Shown in pieces: positions 1 to 8,514 of a stretch of DNA of 64,000 nucleotides; position 1 is the first letter of the stretch; each line of letters opens with the position of its first letter. The notes below the pieces were generated by a model. The model searched no databases. It was not told the origin of the DNA and saw only the letters and a program-made list of their open reading frames with translations. Location: the NCBI GenBank assembly GCA_031418035.1, contig JANOWU010000115.1:2758-66757 (forward strand), in the 5' to 3' direction. This DNA is from Acidimicrobiia bacterium. GTDB taxonomy: Bacteria > Actinomycetota > Acidimicrobiia > Acidimicrobiales > JANYDT01. The position numbers and the translations under genes are program-made.

Positions 1-243
1 GATACCGGCGAGCAGGTCGTTGCCGTTTTCGTCGGTGCCCAGGATGTGGTTCATCGAGAAGGTGTCTTTCCACCCCTTTCCGGGTTCGGTTCCTTGAATG
101 TATCCGCCGATGAGATAGTCGGGATCCTTCTTCGCCCAGGGGAGAAACTTTCCAAGCACGGCAAACACCACAATCATTCCGATCCATGCCGAGCAGAACC
201 AGAAGAACCTGCCAAATGACCGCCCCGCCTTCGAGGCCTTCAT
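1..243 (-). CDS. ABC transporter permease, DppC/OppC-like (N-terminal part; gene runs off the window)
   Basis: Not in the ORF track. Reverse translation from ATG at 243 gives MKASKAGRSFGRFFWFCSAWIGMIVVFAVL...MNHILGTDENGNDLLAGI: an N-terminal TM helix plus the 'GTDxxGxD' segment typical of DppC/OppC permeases. It lies directly downstream of the DppB-like gene on the same strand. Confidence 0.7.
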   Translation of the reverse strand, partial: MKASKAGRSFGRFFWFCSAWIGMIVVFAVLGKFLPWAKKDPDYLIGGYIQGTEPGKGWKDTFSMNHILGTDENGNDLLAGI

Positions 244-316
244 TGCGGTCTCCGAAGCCTGGTCCTGGGCAGTCTTTGCTGGAATGATCTGTTCGCTTAC
301 GATTGCCACAGGAACC

Positions 317-1315
317 TCACGAAAGGGAACGGGCGGCGCGCACCCGTGGATCGATAACGCCGTACAGCAGGTCGACAACGGTGGTCGCGATCACGAACAC
401 TGTAGCGATGACGGTCACTCCCCCGAGAACGAGGGGCACATCGCGGGAGAAGACGGCCCGGATCACCGTGGACCCAAGGCCGTTGATATTGAAGATCTGC
501 TCGATGATCAGCGCGTTTCCGATCAGCGTTCCCACAGCGATGCCAGCGACAGTAACGAGGGTAAAACTCGATGGGCGAAGTGCGTGTCGCCAGAGGATGT
601 AGCGATCTGACAGACCCTTGGACTTCGCCAGGGTGACAAAGTCCTCCTGAAGCGTGTTCAACATATCGGTACGTAAGATCCGCATGAAGTTGGCCAACTG
701 GCCGATCGCCAGGGCAAACGCAGGAAGCAGCATTTGGTGAATGCTTGTGAACGGCTTCTCGAACAGCCCCACGTTGTCGGAGATGGTCGGGAATTTGCCT
801 TTCGGGATCACTTGCGCTCCGCCGATGTTGGTCCCAAGGGCGACAAAGAACACGAGAAGAATGGCGACAACGAAACCCGGCGTCGAAAGGCTGGCGAAGG
901 AAAATCCGTTGATCGCACGCTCACGTCGTGAGCCCGGGCGGTAGGCCGAAAACACGGCCAGCGGGATGCTGAGGGCAAGGGTGATGGTCAACGTCATGAC
1001 CATCAACTGCAGCGAAGAAGGAAATACCTCGCTCAGAATTGAGGACACGGGCCGCCGTTGTGCGTAGGACTGGCCGAAATTGCCACGAAATGCCTTCGAT
1101 ACCCAATCCACGTATCCAACGGGCACGGACTTGTCGAGTGACAACTCTTTCGTAAGCTGGCGGGCTCCCTCTTCGGAGTAGTTCAGGCTGAGGATGCCAC
1201 GAACAATCTCTTCGCTGCTACCTCCGAAGAGGCGCATCGGGAAATAGACCATGGCCGTGACGAACACCAAGAGGATCGGCAGCTGTCCAAGCTTTCGTAA
1301 AAGGTAACGCTTCAC
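317..1315 (-). CDS. ABC transporter permease, DppB/OppB-like
   Basis: 332 aa polytopic protein with an N-terminus (MKRYLLRKLGQLPILLVFVTAMVYF) and overall pattern typical of binding-protein-dependent peptide/nickel permeases. It sits between the SBP and the second permease. Confidence 0.85.
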   Translation of the reverse strand: MKRYLLRKLGQLPILLVFVTAMVYFPMRLFGGSSEEIVRGILSLNYSEEGARQLTKELSLDKSVPVGYVDWVSKAFRGNFGQSYAQRRPVSSILSEVFPSSLQLMVMTLTITLALSIPLAVFSAYRPGSRRERAINGFSFASLSTPGFVVAILLVFFVALGTNIGGAQVIPKGKFPTISDNVGLFEKPFTSIHQMLLPAFALAIGQLANFMRILRTDMLNTLQEDFVTLAKSKGLSDRYILWRHALRPSSFTLVTVAGIAVGTLIGNALIIEQIFNINGLGSTVIRAVFSRDVPLVLGGVTVIATVFVIATTVVDLLYGVIDPRVRAARSLS

Positions 1316-1351
1316 AGGTTCAGAACCAGACTTGTTCGCAAGGGAATGGAC

Positions 1352-1383
1352 AACGGGGGCGGGGGGTGACCCCCGCCCCCGTT
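1352..1383 (-). other. Intercistronic GC-rich stem-loop between the SBP and permease genes
   Basis: AACGGGGGCGGGGG-GTGA-CCCCCGCCCCCGTT is a perfect 14-bp stem with a 4-nt loop. No U-tract follows on either strand. Confidence 0.6.
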
Positions 1384-1404
1384 CAAATCAGAAAGGCAGG
1401 AAGC

Positions 1405-3159
1405 TCAGCCTTTGGTAAGAAACGCCACGCCACCAAAATGACCGGACGGCAGGTTCGGTCCGGGCTCGCCACCAACTGTGGTGACATCGCCGAATCCGCC
1501 GACCTTGGTGCCCATCGCGAGGCCCCAGGTGGTGCGCCAGCGCCACAGGTTGTAGCCCTGCTCAGCGAATTGCTGGTTGATTGCTTCAGAGGCCTTCTTG
1601 CGAACTGCAGGATCGGAGTTCGTGCGGATCTGGTTGAGGGCAGCGTCGATCTGACCGTCTTGGATGCGACCGAAGTTCAGGGCAAGTGTCTTGCCGTCAA
1701 TCGTCGGCTTGCCGTCGGCACCCGGTGCCGAGGTCTCGGTGTGCCACCAGATGCGCTGCTGATCGGGATCAACCCCACCATGGTTGCGCCACTGGAACCA
1801 CTGGAACGCACCAACGAGGGCCGTGCCGATGTACTTCTGCTGTTCGATGTTCACGGTCTTGACCTTGAAGCCGACCTTTTCCATCATCTGCTTCTGGATT
1901 GCTGCAGTCTCGATGTTGTCGGGAACCGTCGTTGTGCCGAGGGTGAACTCGACATCACCGCCGCCGAGGGCAGCCTTGCACTTGGCAAAGAATTCCTGCG
2001 CTTTGGCCACGTTGAACTGCGGATATCCCGCGTCAGGAAGATACCCGAGGGCACCCTTGGGGTACGGACCGTCGGCCTGGATCGAACCTGGTGCACGGAG
2101 CTTGATCAGCGTTGCGGTGTCTTGACCGTATGCAGCGGCAAGTCGGCAGTTCTGATTGTTGAACGGGGCAACCGCCACGTTCAACATGTCGTAGGACACC
2201 TCGCCGAAGTCGGTGCTCTTCTGCAACTGAATCTTCTTCGCCGCCGCCAGTTCGTCGAGCTCACGCATCGTCAACATGTTGGAAGTGTGGGTGATGTCGA
2301 TCTGACCTGATTGCAGGGCGGCGAGGCGTGCCGATTCGTCGGTGATCGGTCGGAATTCGATCTCGTCGAGCTTGGGGAGGCCCTTGCGCCAGTAGTTTTC
2401 GTTCTTTACGAATACCGTCTTCACGCCAACCTGCCATTCCTTGAACTTGAATGGACCGGTCCCGATCGGCGAATTCCGATCGTTGGCCTTGATCTGCGCC
2501 GGTGCTGCAATGGTGCCAGGTTGACCGGTCATGTATGCCGGAAAGGAAACCCACGCACCGTACAGGCCGACGGTTACTGTCATCGGGCCGGACGCTGAGA
2601 TGTTCAGCGGAGCTTTGCCTGCACATGCGAGCGTGCCTGCGTTGAGAAGGAGGAGTGCCGTGTTCGTGATTGAACCGCAGGCGAGGGCCTTGAGGTTGAT
2701 CACGGCGGCGTCGGCGTCCCACGCCTCGCCGTTGTGGAACTTGATGCCGGGTCGGATTTTGATGGTCCAGGTCTTGTAATCACTCGACGGTGTCATGGAC
2801 TCGGCGAGCCATGGAACGACCTGACCCTTTTCGTTGATGCCCATGAGCCGTTCGAATACGGCATAGCTGACCTGTTGGCCGGACACGGCCCACTGCGACG
2901 ACGGCGGGAGCCAACCCTCGGAGGATTCAGCCTCGGTGCCGAACACGATCTTGCCGCCGGTCTTGGCAGCTGCAGCAGGGGCGGGAGCGGCGGCCGTGGT
3001 CGGCGCTGCGGTGGTGGCGGTTGCCGGCTTGGTCGGCTTCTTGGCGACGGCCTTCTTTTTCTTGGTGGTCTTGGTTGCGGCGCCGGCTGAGGTCGAGGCT
3101 GCCACTGAGGCAACCAGACCAGCAGCGATGACGCACGCAACGAGTTTGCGATTCTTCAT
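1405..3159 (-). CDS. ABC transporter substrate-binding protein, family 5 (peptide/nickel type), secreted
   Basis: Start chosen at MKNRKLVACVIAAGLVASVAASTSAGA (signal peptide, GGGGGA RBS upstream); the track ORF extends to 3237. A K/T/A/P-rich linker is followed by a family-5 SBP-like body. Confidence 0.85.
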   Translation of the reverse strand: MKNRKLVACVIAAGLVASVAASTSAGAATKTTKKKKAVAKKPTKPATATTAAPTTAAAPAPAAAAKTGGKIVFGTEAESSEGWLPPSSQWAVSGQQVSYAVFERLMGINEKGQVVPWLAESMTPSSDYKTWTIKIRPGIKFHNGEAWDADAAVINLKALACGSITNTALLLLNAGTLACAGKAPLNISASGPMTVTVGLYGAWVSFPAYMTGQPGTIAAPAQIKANDRNSPIGTGPFKFKEWQVGVKTVFVKNENYWRKGLPKLDEIEFRPITDESARLAALQSGQIDITHTSNMLTMRELDELAAAKKIQLQKSTDFGEVSYDMLNVAVAPFNNQNCRLAAAYGQDTATLIKLRAPGSIQADGPYPKGALGYLPDAGYPQFNVAKAQEFFAKCKAALGGGDVEFTLGTTTVPDNIETAAIQKQMMEKVGFKVKTVNIEQQKYIGTALVGAFQWFQWRNHGGVDPDQQRIWWHTETSAPGADGKPTIDGKTLALNFGRIQDGQIDAALNQIRTNSDPAVRKKASEAINQQFAEQGYNLWRWRTTWGLAMGTKVGGFGDVTTVGGEPGPNLPSGHFGGVAFLTKG

Positions 3160-3240
3160 GCAATGTCCCCCTGGGATGATGGTGTGGGAAGGACCAGCGG
3201 GAGCTTTCCGTCGACGAACGACTCGGCACTGGGGCACTTC

Positions 3241-3376
3241 GTGATGCTTGGATTGGGTGATGCTGGATTGGGTGATGCTTGGGTGATGCTTGGGTGTTGC
3301 TCGAATGTTGCGTGGCTGATGCTTGGATTAGGTGTTGCTTGGTGATGCTTGGGTGTTGCTTGTTTGGATGATGCTG
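3241..3376. repeat. Degenerate tandem array, about 11 copies of GTG(A/T)TGCT(T)GG
   Basis: Unit starts at 3241, 3257, 3272, 3283, 3294, 3305, 3316, 3332, 3342, 3353 and 3368, with spacings of 10-11 or 15-16 nt. It is intergenic, upstream of the SBP start. Confidence 0.85.
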
Positions 3377-3447
3377 TCCTACATGACGAGAACGGCCGTG
3401 ACCGATGTCACCGCGTTACTCTATCTCCGAACCTAGCGACCGCTTGA

Positions 3448-3463
3448 TGTGACGTCAATCACA
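3448..3463. promoter_or_regulatory. CRP/GlxR-type palindrome TGTGA-N6-TCACA
   Basis: TGTGACGTCAATCACA has both half-sites perfect. It is intergenic, 289 nt upstream of the SBP start codon. Confidence 0.5.
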
Positions 3464-3509
3464 GAAGTGATGTTCTGGTGAAGTAAATCGAGATAAGCGA
3501 AAATCCTGG

Positions 3510-4562
3510 CTAAATCTCGTCCGCAAGTGTGCGCATCGTCTCTATTGTGCGCACTCGCTCTTCCAAAGATCCGCTCAGACTCATTTGGAGATGCGTCACG
3601 CCAGCCTCCTGAAAGGCGGCAAGGCGCTCCTTCACGTGACCGAGCGGACCGACCAACGACGCGGCCGAAAGGTAGTCGTTTGGAATGGCTGCGGCGGCCT
3701 CTTCCTTTTTGCCCTCGAGGTAGAGGTCCTGGATTTGCTTGGCCTCGCCCTCCCAGCCGTAGGAGCTCATGATGTCGTTGTAGAAGTTCTTCCCTCGCGC
3801 CCCCATGCCGCCCACGTAGAGCGCTGCAGTGGGCCGCCCGGAGTCGAGCACCTTCTGAATGACCGTTTGGTCTTCGGTGATCTTGACGGCACCACCGGCC
3901 AGGATCTGGAGAGGTCCAAGATCCGGCGATCGCTTCTTCATCCCGAGCGACAGGGCGTCGCCCCAGACCAGATCGGCTTTCTCGGGAATGTAGAACACGG
4001 GGATCCAACCATCGGCGACTTCGGCGGTCGCTTCGACGCTCTTTCCCTTCAACGACGCCCACCACAGCGGGATCGAGGAGCGAACGGGGTGGTTGATCAG
4101 CTTCAGGGGCTTTCCCAAACCGGTGCCCTGTCCGGCTGGAAGCGGGATATCGACGGTGGGCGAATGGAAGTCGATGACTTCACGCTTCCACGTTCGACGG
4201 CACACCTCCATATAGTCCTTGATGCGTTGCATCGGCTTTTCGTAGGCAACACCATGGAATCCCTCGATCACCTGGGGACCCGAAGCGCCGAGACCGCAGA
4301 TGATTCGACCGTTGCTCACGTAGTCGAGCCCTGCGAACGTCATCGCCATCAACGTGGCGGTTCGGGAGTACACATTGACGATCGCCGAACCGATCTCGAC
4401 CCGCTCCGTCTTGGCCGCGAGATACCCCATCATCGAGATGGCATCGAAGCTGTACGCCTCGGCGACCCACACGCAATCGAGACCGGCCTTCTCGAGGAGC
4501 GAAAGTTCATCCGCGGTGGTCTTCACATCACCGGCGTAGTTGAGCATGATCGAGAGCTTCAT
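3510..4562 (-). CDS. LLM-class (luciferase-like) F420-dependent oxidoreductase
   Basis: Start chosen at MKLSIMLNYAGDV... (ATG at 4562); the long N-terminal extension in the track ORF looks non-coding. It has TIM-barrel LLM-like sequence (VWVAEAYSFDAISMMGYLAAKTERVEIGSAIVNVYSRT). Confidence 0.8.
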   Translation of the reverse strand: MKLSIMLNYAGDVKTTADELSLLEKAGLDCVWVAEAYSFDAISMMGYLAAKTERVEIGSAIVNVYSRTATLMAMTFAGLDYVSNGRIICGLGASGPQVIEGFHGVAYEKPMQRIKDYMEVCRRTWKREVIDFHSPTVDIPLPAGQGTGLGKPLKLINHPVRSSIPLWWASLKGKSVEATAEVADGWIPVFYIPEKADLVWGDALSLGMKKRSPDLGPLQILAGGAVKITEDQTVIQKVLDSGRPTAALYVGGMGARGKNFYNDIMSSYGWEGEAKQIQDLYLEGKKEEAAAAIPNDYLSAASLVGPLGHVKERLAAFQEAGVTHLQMSLSGSLEERVRTIETMRTLADEI

Positions 4563-4716
4563 ATCTCCAGAGTGGCGCACGTCACGGTGAGACCGCAAAA
4601 CGGCGAGATTGGGCCAGGTCAAAGCTCCGTGGCTTACGACGCGACCTCCGGAGCTACCGGCGACGTTGGCGACGAGGATTGCGTTTCGAAACGATCGGCC
4701 TTCTACGCTCGTTGCA

Positions 4717-5826
4717 ATGACCGCTTCTCCTCTCGAAACCACTCCCCCACTGCGGCAGGAGAAGCAGCCGGCAAGCGAGATCGTTTCCGAAGTTGCACCG
4801 GGCGTGTTGCGGATGCAACTTGCGATCGAACTGCCGGGCCTGGCCCACATCAACTGTTACGCGATCGAAGATGATGACGGCTTCGCGATCGTCGACCCGG
4901 GGCTTCCCGGGAAGCCCTCTTGGAAGAGCTTGATGACGCGCCTGAAGAGCGCCGGTATTCCGAAGAGCCGCATTCATTCGATATTGATCACCCATAGTCA
5001 TCCCGATCACTTCGGCAACGCCGGAAAACTCGCCGAGGAGGCCGACGCCGAAATCGTCACGCATTCGGCGTTCCAGTTGATGTACAAGCCCTTTCACGTC
5101 TGCCACCTCGCCGACTGCAACGATCTTGACCACGTCCATTCCGACGTCGATCAGGAGCGTTTGCCCGACGCCGACAAGCTGCAGATGTTCGGCATGAGGA
5201 CGCCGTGGGGCACGGAGAACTGGGATCCGCGCCGCCAGATGTCGGCCAAAGCACGCAAAGGCACGGAGTTCCTCGCCGACAACGGATGGGCGTATCCAAC
5301 GCCACGACGCCGCGTGAAGAACAAGGAAGTGATCAACCTCGGCAACCGTGAGTGGTTCGCTGTGCACACCCCCGGCCACACGCTCGATCATCTGTGTCTG
5401 TTCGACGCAGAGCATGGGACCCTCATCTCGGGTGATCACATTCTTCCGACGATCACCCCCCACATCAGCGGTATCGCGACAGGGCGAGATCCGCACGGTT
5501 CGTTCTTTGCCTCGCTCGATCGTTGCGCAGCCCTCCCCGATGTGAAGAAGGTCCTGCCCGCCCACGGCCATCCTTTCGACGACGTCGTGCAGCGCGTCGA
5601 AGACATCAAGGAGCATCACGCCGAGCGCCTCCGAGTACTGGCGCGGGTCTCCCAGGCAGTCGGCGAGACCAACGTCACCGAGTACAGCCACTATTTGTTT
5701 CGACAGGAAGTGTGGGGTTCGATGGCGGAAAGCGAAACGTATGCGCACTTAGAGCATTTGGCCGTGAACGGCCGGGCGGACAAGCGCTACGACGAAAACG
5801 GCGTCGCGTATTTCAACATCCACTGA
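4717..5826 (+). CDS. MBL-fold metallo-hydrolase
   Basis: It carries the HxHxDH motif (ITHSHPDHFG) and later His/Asp ligands (HTPGHT, GDHILP). Start chosen at MTASPLE (ATG 4717). Confidence 0.8.
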   Translation: MTASPLETTPPLRQEKQPASEIVSEVAPGVLRMQLAIELPGLAHINCYAIEDDDGFAIVDPGLPGKPSWKSLMTRLKSAGIPKSRIHSILITHSHPDHFGNAGKLAEEADAEIVTHSAFQLMYKPFHVCHLADCNDLDHVHSDVDQERLPDADKLQMFGMRTPWGTENWDPRRQMSAKARKGTEFLADNGWAYPTPRRRVKNKEVINLGNREWFAVHTPGHTLDHLCLFDAEHGTLISGDHILPTITPHISGIATGRDPHGSFFASLDRCAALPDVKKVLPAHGHPFDDVVQRVEDIKEHHAERLRVLARVSQAVGETNVTEYSHYLFRQEVWGSMAESETYAHLEHLAVNGRADKRYDENGVAYFNIH

Positions 5827-5838
5827 GCTCCTGCTCGG

Positions 5839-8514
5839 GTGTCACACAGGGTTGTTAACGTCGACAGCGTCATGAACGCCCAGTCGTCCCCCGATGCCTC
5901 GCACAACTCGGCCGACCCAACGGGTATCGACGCATTCGACGCTGTCGTGGGGTTCGATGGCATTCGCGCTCGAGTGACCGGCCCTACAGGTGCCGGGAAG
6001 ACATCTGCTCTGCTGGCGAGGGCCAAGCGCCTCGCCGCACGAGGCGAGGCAACGCTGTTCGTTGCGGCACCGTCCGCGGTCGCGCACGTTCGCACCGCGG
6101 CGTCCTCGGCGGCCACGCTCGGCGATGCGGATACCTCAGTGCATTCATGGCAATCGTTTGCGTCTGCGGTGTACTTCGGCCACGGCGGCGATCGGCACGT
6201 CATCAACCGCACCACCGAGGAAGAGATCCTCGGCGCACTCCTCGGCCTGCCAGTTGATTCAGCGGTCACCCAAAGGTTCATCGGTGCGCGGAGGGCCTAC
6301 GTGGAGTCATGGCTCGGCGCCGAGGAACTCGCAACGCACGCGCTCGCCGCCGGCGTTGCGCAGCGTTGGGCCGAACTCCACGACATCTCCGAACAGTTCT
6401 CGCGCTACTGCGCGGAACGTTCCCTGATCGACCCCAGCACCTTGTTGATCGAGGCCACGTATGCGTTGCGATCCGATGTCGCGCGCTGGCGAAGCAGCTA
6501 CCCACACGTCGTACTCGATGACTTCGAGAGCGCCACATTCGCCCACTACCGACTTGGTCTGACGTTGGCCGGATTTGTCGGACCGGGCACCACCGGCTCG
6601 GGGAACAGCGCTTCCCGCGTCTCCTCTCTGGTCGTTGCCGGGAATCTGGATGGTCCGCACTGGGATGGCCCCGCCGGGTCACCCTGGCTGGCCGCAGCCG
6701 ATCGACGGTTCCAGGTCGACGCGGATTTCGTTCTGCCTCCCGCGGTCAAGGCAGACCGACGAGAAAAATCGGTGGAGGCAATCCACGTCCGTCACCGCTC
6801 CCTCCGAGGTGCGGCGATCGTCGCCGAAGTAACGAAGTTCCTTGATCAGGGATTCGGCGCCGACCAGATCGCCATCATCGTCCCTCCGGGCCAGATAGGG
6901 AGAGATACCGGCCGCAGCATCGCGCTGGCCTGCGCCCGTCGTCAACTGCGGGTGAGTCGAAACGAATTGATCACCAACGATCCTGTCGCGTCAGCCGTAG
7001 CCGATGCAGCTCTATCGATCCTCACGTCCTCGCCATGGCCGGAATCCATACGTGCACTTGGGATCGCGGAGCCACCGTGGTCCCCTGCGAACAACCCCGA
7101 TGCGGCGTCGATGATCTTCTCCCTGTGGAAGGAGCTCGCACCGCGAATCCTACAGATCGGCACGTCGGATGAACCCGCCACGCAACCGCGCACACGTGCG
7201 CCTCGAACCGAAGCTCTGCGCGCATTGCATCTCGAAACACGGCGATCGATCGACCAGGGGTTCTCCGCAGTCGAAGCAGTAGACCGAGCTCGCCGCCGGT
7301 ACTTCAGAACCACCGGCGGCCTCGAGATCGTCACCGACACCGAGGCCCGCGGACGCCGGTGGCCGATCGTTTTCGTCACGGGATTCGAAGAGGGCGTGCG
7401 TCCTCCCCAGCCGCGACCCATCGACTACTTCGACCCGGATCTTCTCGGCGGCCCCGACGTGCCCGACCAGAACGAGCGACATCATTTGGCACTCGTCGAG
7501 TCTCGACGACGGACCGAGAACCTCCTCGCCCGAGGCGAAGTCCATGCGCTCGCCGTCAGCGCCCCGGAGCCAGGTGTCCTGCCGAGCCGATTCATCGAAG
7601 AACTCGACACTCGACCCGCCGCGTTCGACACCACCAATCGCCGATCGGTTCAGTCACTCGCGACAACGCGCAACGAGCGTGGGTTTTGGGACGAACGTCG
7701 TGTACGGGCCTCGGCATCTTCGCTCGATACGTTCCGAAACTGCCCGCTGGAGTACACGTACAAATATGTCCTCAACATCGCGACCGGTAGCGGAGCCCAG
7801 GCAATGGTCGGCAACATCACCCACGACGTTCTGGAGGCCTTCTTCGATCCGACAAACGCCGACCGCTCGCCCGAACGTCTTCGCGAGATCTTCGAGCGCC
7901 GTTGGTCCGATGACGACTTCGACTACCTCGCACAGGCGTCGGAGTACCGTGCGGCGATCCTGTCCATGCTCGACAACGTCCTCCAGCGCGAATCGGAGGT
8001 TGCGTCGAACGTTCATTCCGTGGAGCGACCGTTCTCGATTCCATTGGGCGACTACACCCTGACCGGCAAGATTGATCGCATCGACGTGCTTCCGGCGTCG
8101 GCGAGCGAGACCGAGACCGAATCGAACCGTGGGCTTTCGATCATCGACTACAAGACCGGCAAATCCAAACGAAACGCCGGCGAGGAAAGCCTGCAGCTCG
8201 GCGTGTACTACCTCGCCGCGAAACACGATCCCGAACTCGTCGAGGTCGGTGAGCCGCGCGAGCTTGCGCTCTACTTTCTGAAGGAAGACCGACTCGATCC
8301 ACAACGGGTGCATCCGCAGCTCGAGGAACAGTGGACTGAGATCATTCTTGACACGTTGGCCCGGATCGCATCGGGCGAGCATCAGCCGTCGGCCGAGGCC
8401 TCGTGTGAGTACTGCTCATTCGGACGGGTGTGTCCCACGCAACCCGAGGGAAGGTTCGTACACATACCAAATCCCGTTGGTGTCCGTCGCAAACCGGCCG
8501 GGGTCGACAAATGA
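5839..8514 (+). CDS. adnA: AdnA-like helicase-nuclease subunit (RecB-family nuclease domain with a Cys cluster)
   Basis: Walker A GPTGAGKT lies near the N-terminus and the C-terminal nuclease region ends in CEYCSFGRVCP. The stop overlaps the start of the UvrD-like partner (ATGA). The start is uncertain (GTG 5839 or ATG 5872). Confidence 0.65.
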   Translation: MSHRVVNVDSVMNAQSSPDASHNSADPTGIDAFDAVVGFDGIRARVTGPTGAGKTSALLARAKRLAARGEATLFVAAPSAVAHVRTAASSAATLGDADTSVHSWQSFASAVYFGHGGDRHVINRTTEEEILGALLGLPVDSAVTQRFIGARRAYVESWLGAEELATHALAAGVAQRWAELHDISEQFSRYCAERSLIDPSTLLIEATYALRSDVARWRSSYPHVVLDDFESATFAHYRLGLTLAGFVGPGTTGSGNSASRVSSLVVAGNLDGPHWDGPAGSPWLAAADRRFQVDADFVLPPAVKADRREKSVEAIHVRHRSLRGAAIVAEVTKFLDQGFGADQIAIIVPPGQIGRDTGRSIALACARRQLRVSRNELITNDPVASAVADAALSILTSSPWPESIRALGIAEPPWSPANNPDAASMIFSLWKELAPRILQIGTSDEPATQPRTRAPRTEALRALHLETRRSIDQGFSAVEAVDRARRRYFRTTGGLEIVTDTEARGRRWPIVFVTGFEEGVRPPQPRPIDYFDPDLLGGPDVPDQNERHHLALVESRRRTENLLARGEVHALAVSAPEPGVLPSRFIEELDTRPAAFDTTNRRSVQSLATTRNERGFWDERRVRASASSLDTFRNCPLEYTYKYVLNIATGSGAQAMVGNITHDVLEAFFDPTNADRSPERLREIFERRWSDDDFDYLAQASEYRAAILSMLDNVLQRESEVASNVHSVERPFSIPLGDYTLTGKIDRIDVLPASASETETESNRGLSIIDYKTGKSKRNAGEESLQLGVYYLAAKHDPELVEVGEPRELALYFLKEDRLDPQRVHPQLEEQWTEIILDTLARIASGEHQPSAEASCEYCSFGRVCPTQPEGRFVHIPNPVGVRRKPAGVDK

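Noticed and set aside
1366-2310. Long antisense or alternative-frame ORFs. Examples: 1366-2310, 3585-4874, 4654-5748, 7654-8382, 14595-15764, 17012-17803, 18789-19925, 28905-30542, 35711-36571 beyond its first 40 aa, 47868-49139, 50093-51184, 60284-61552, 60840-61814
   Set aside because: They lie opposite or out of frame to genes with clear family motifs. Their products are Arg/Gly/Pro-rich, typical of off-frame high-GC translation. No motifs were recognised.
3163-3345. 60-aa ORF (…VMLGLGDAGLGDAWVMLGCCSNVAWLMLGLGVAW) that looks like a repetitive peptide, possibly a RiPP precursor
   Set aside because: It is a read-through of the 11-nt/16-nt tandem DNA array, whose period is not a multiple of 3. 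It overlaps the SBP start on the opposite strand, has no RBS, and no modifying enzymes are adjacent.
3241-3376. Possible CRISPR array
   Set aside because: The units are only about 11 nt, contiguous, with no unique spacers and no cas genes. It is a simple degenerate tandem repeat.
4682-4693. 12-nt perfect palindrome CGTTTCGAAACG 24 nt upstream of the MBL hydrolase start; also the 16-nt CTTGAC-CGTA-GTCAAG at 13494-13509 next to the LLM start
   Set aside because: Six-bp-arm palindromes are expected roughly a dozen or more times by chance in 64 kb. No cognate regulator gene is adjacent, so I could not support them as operators.
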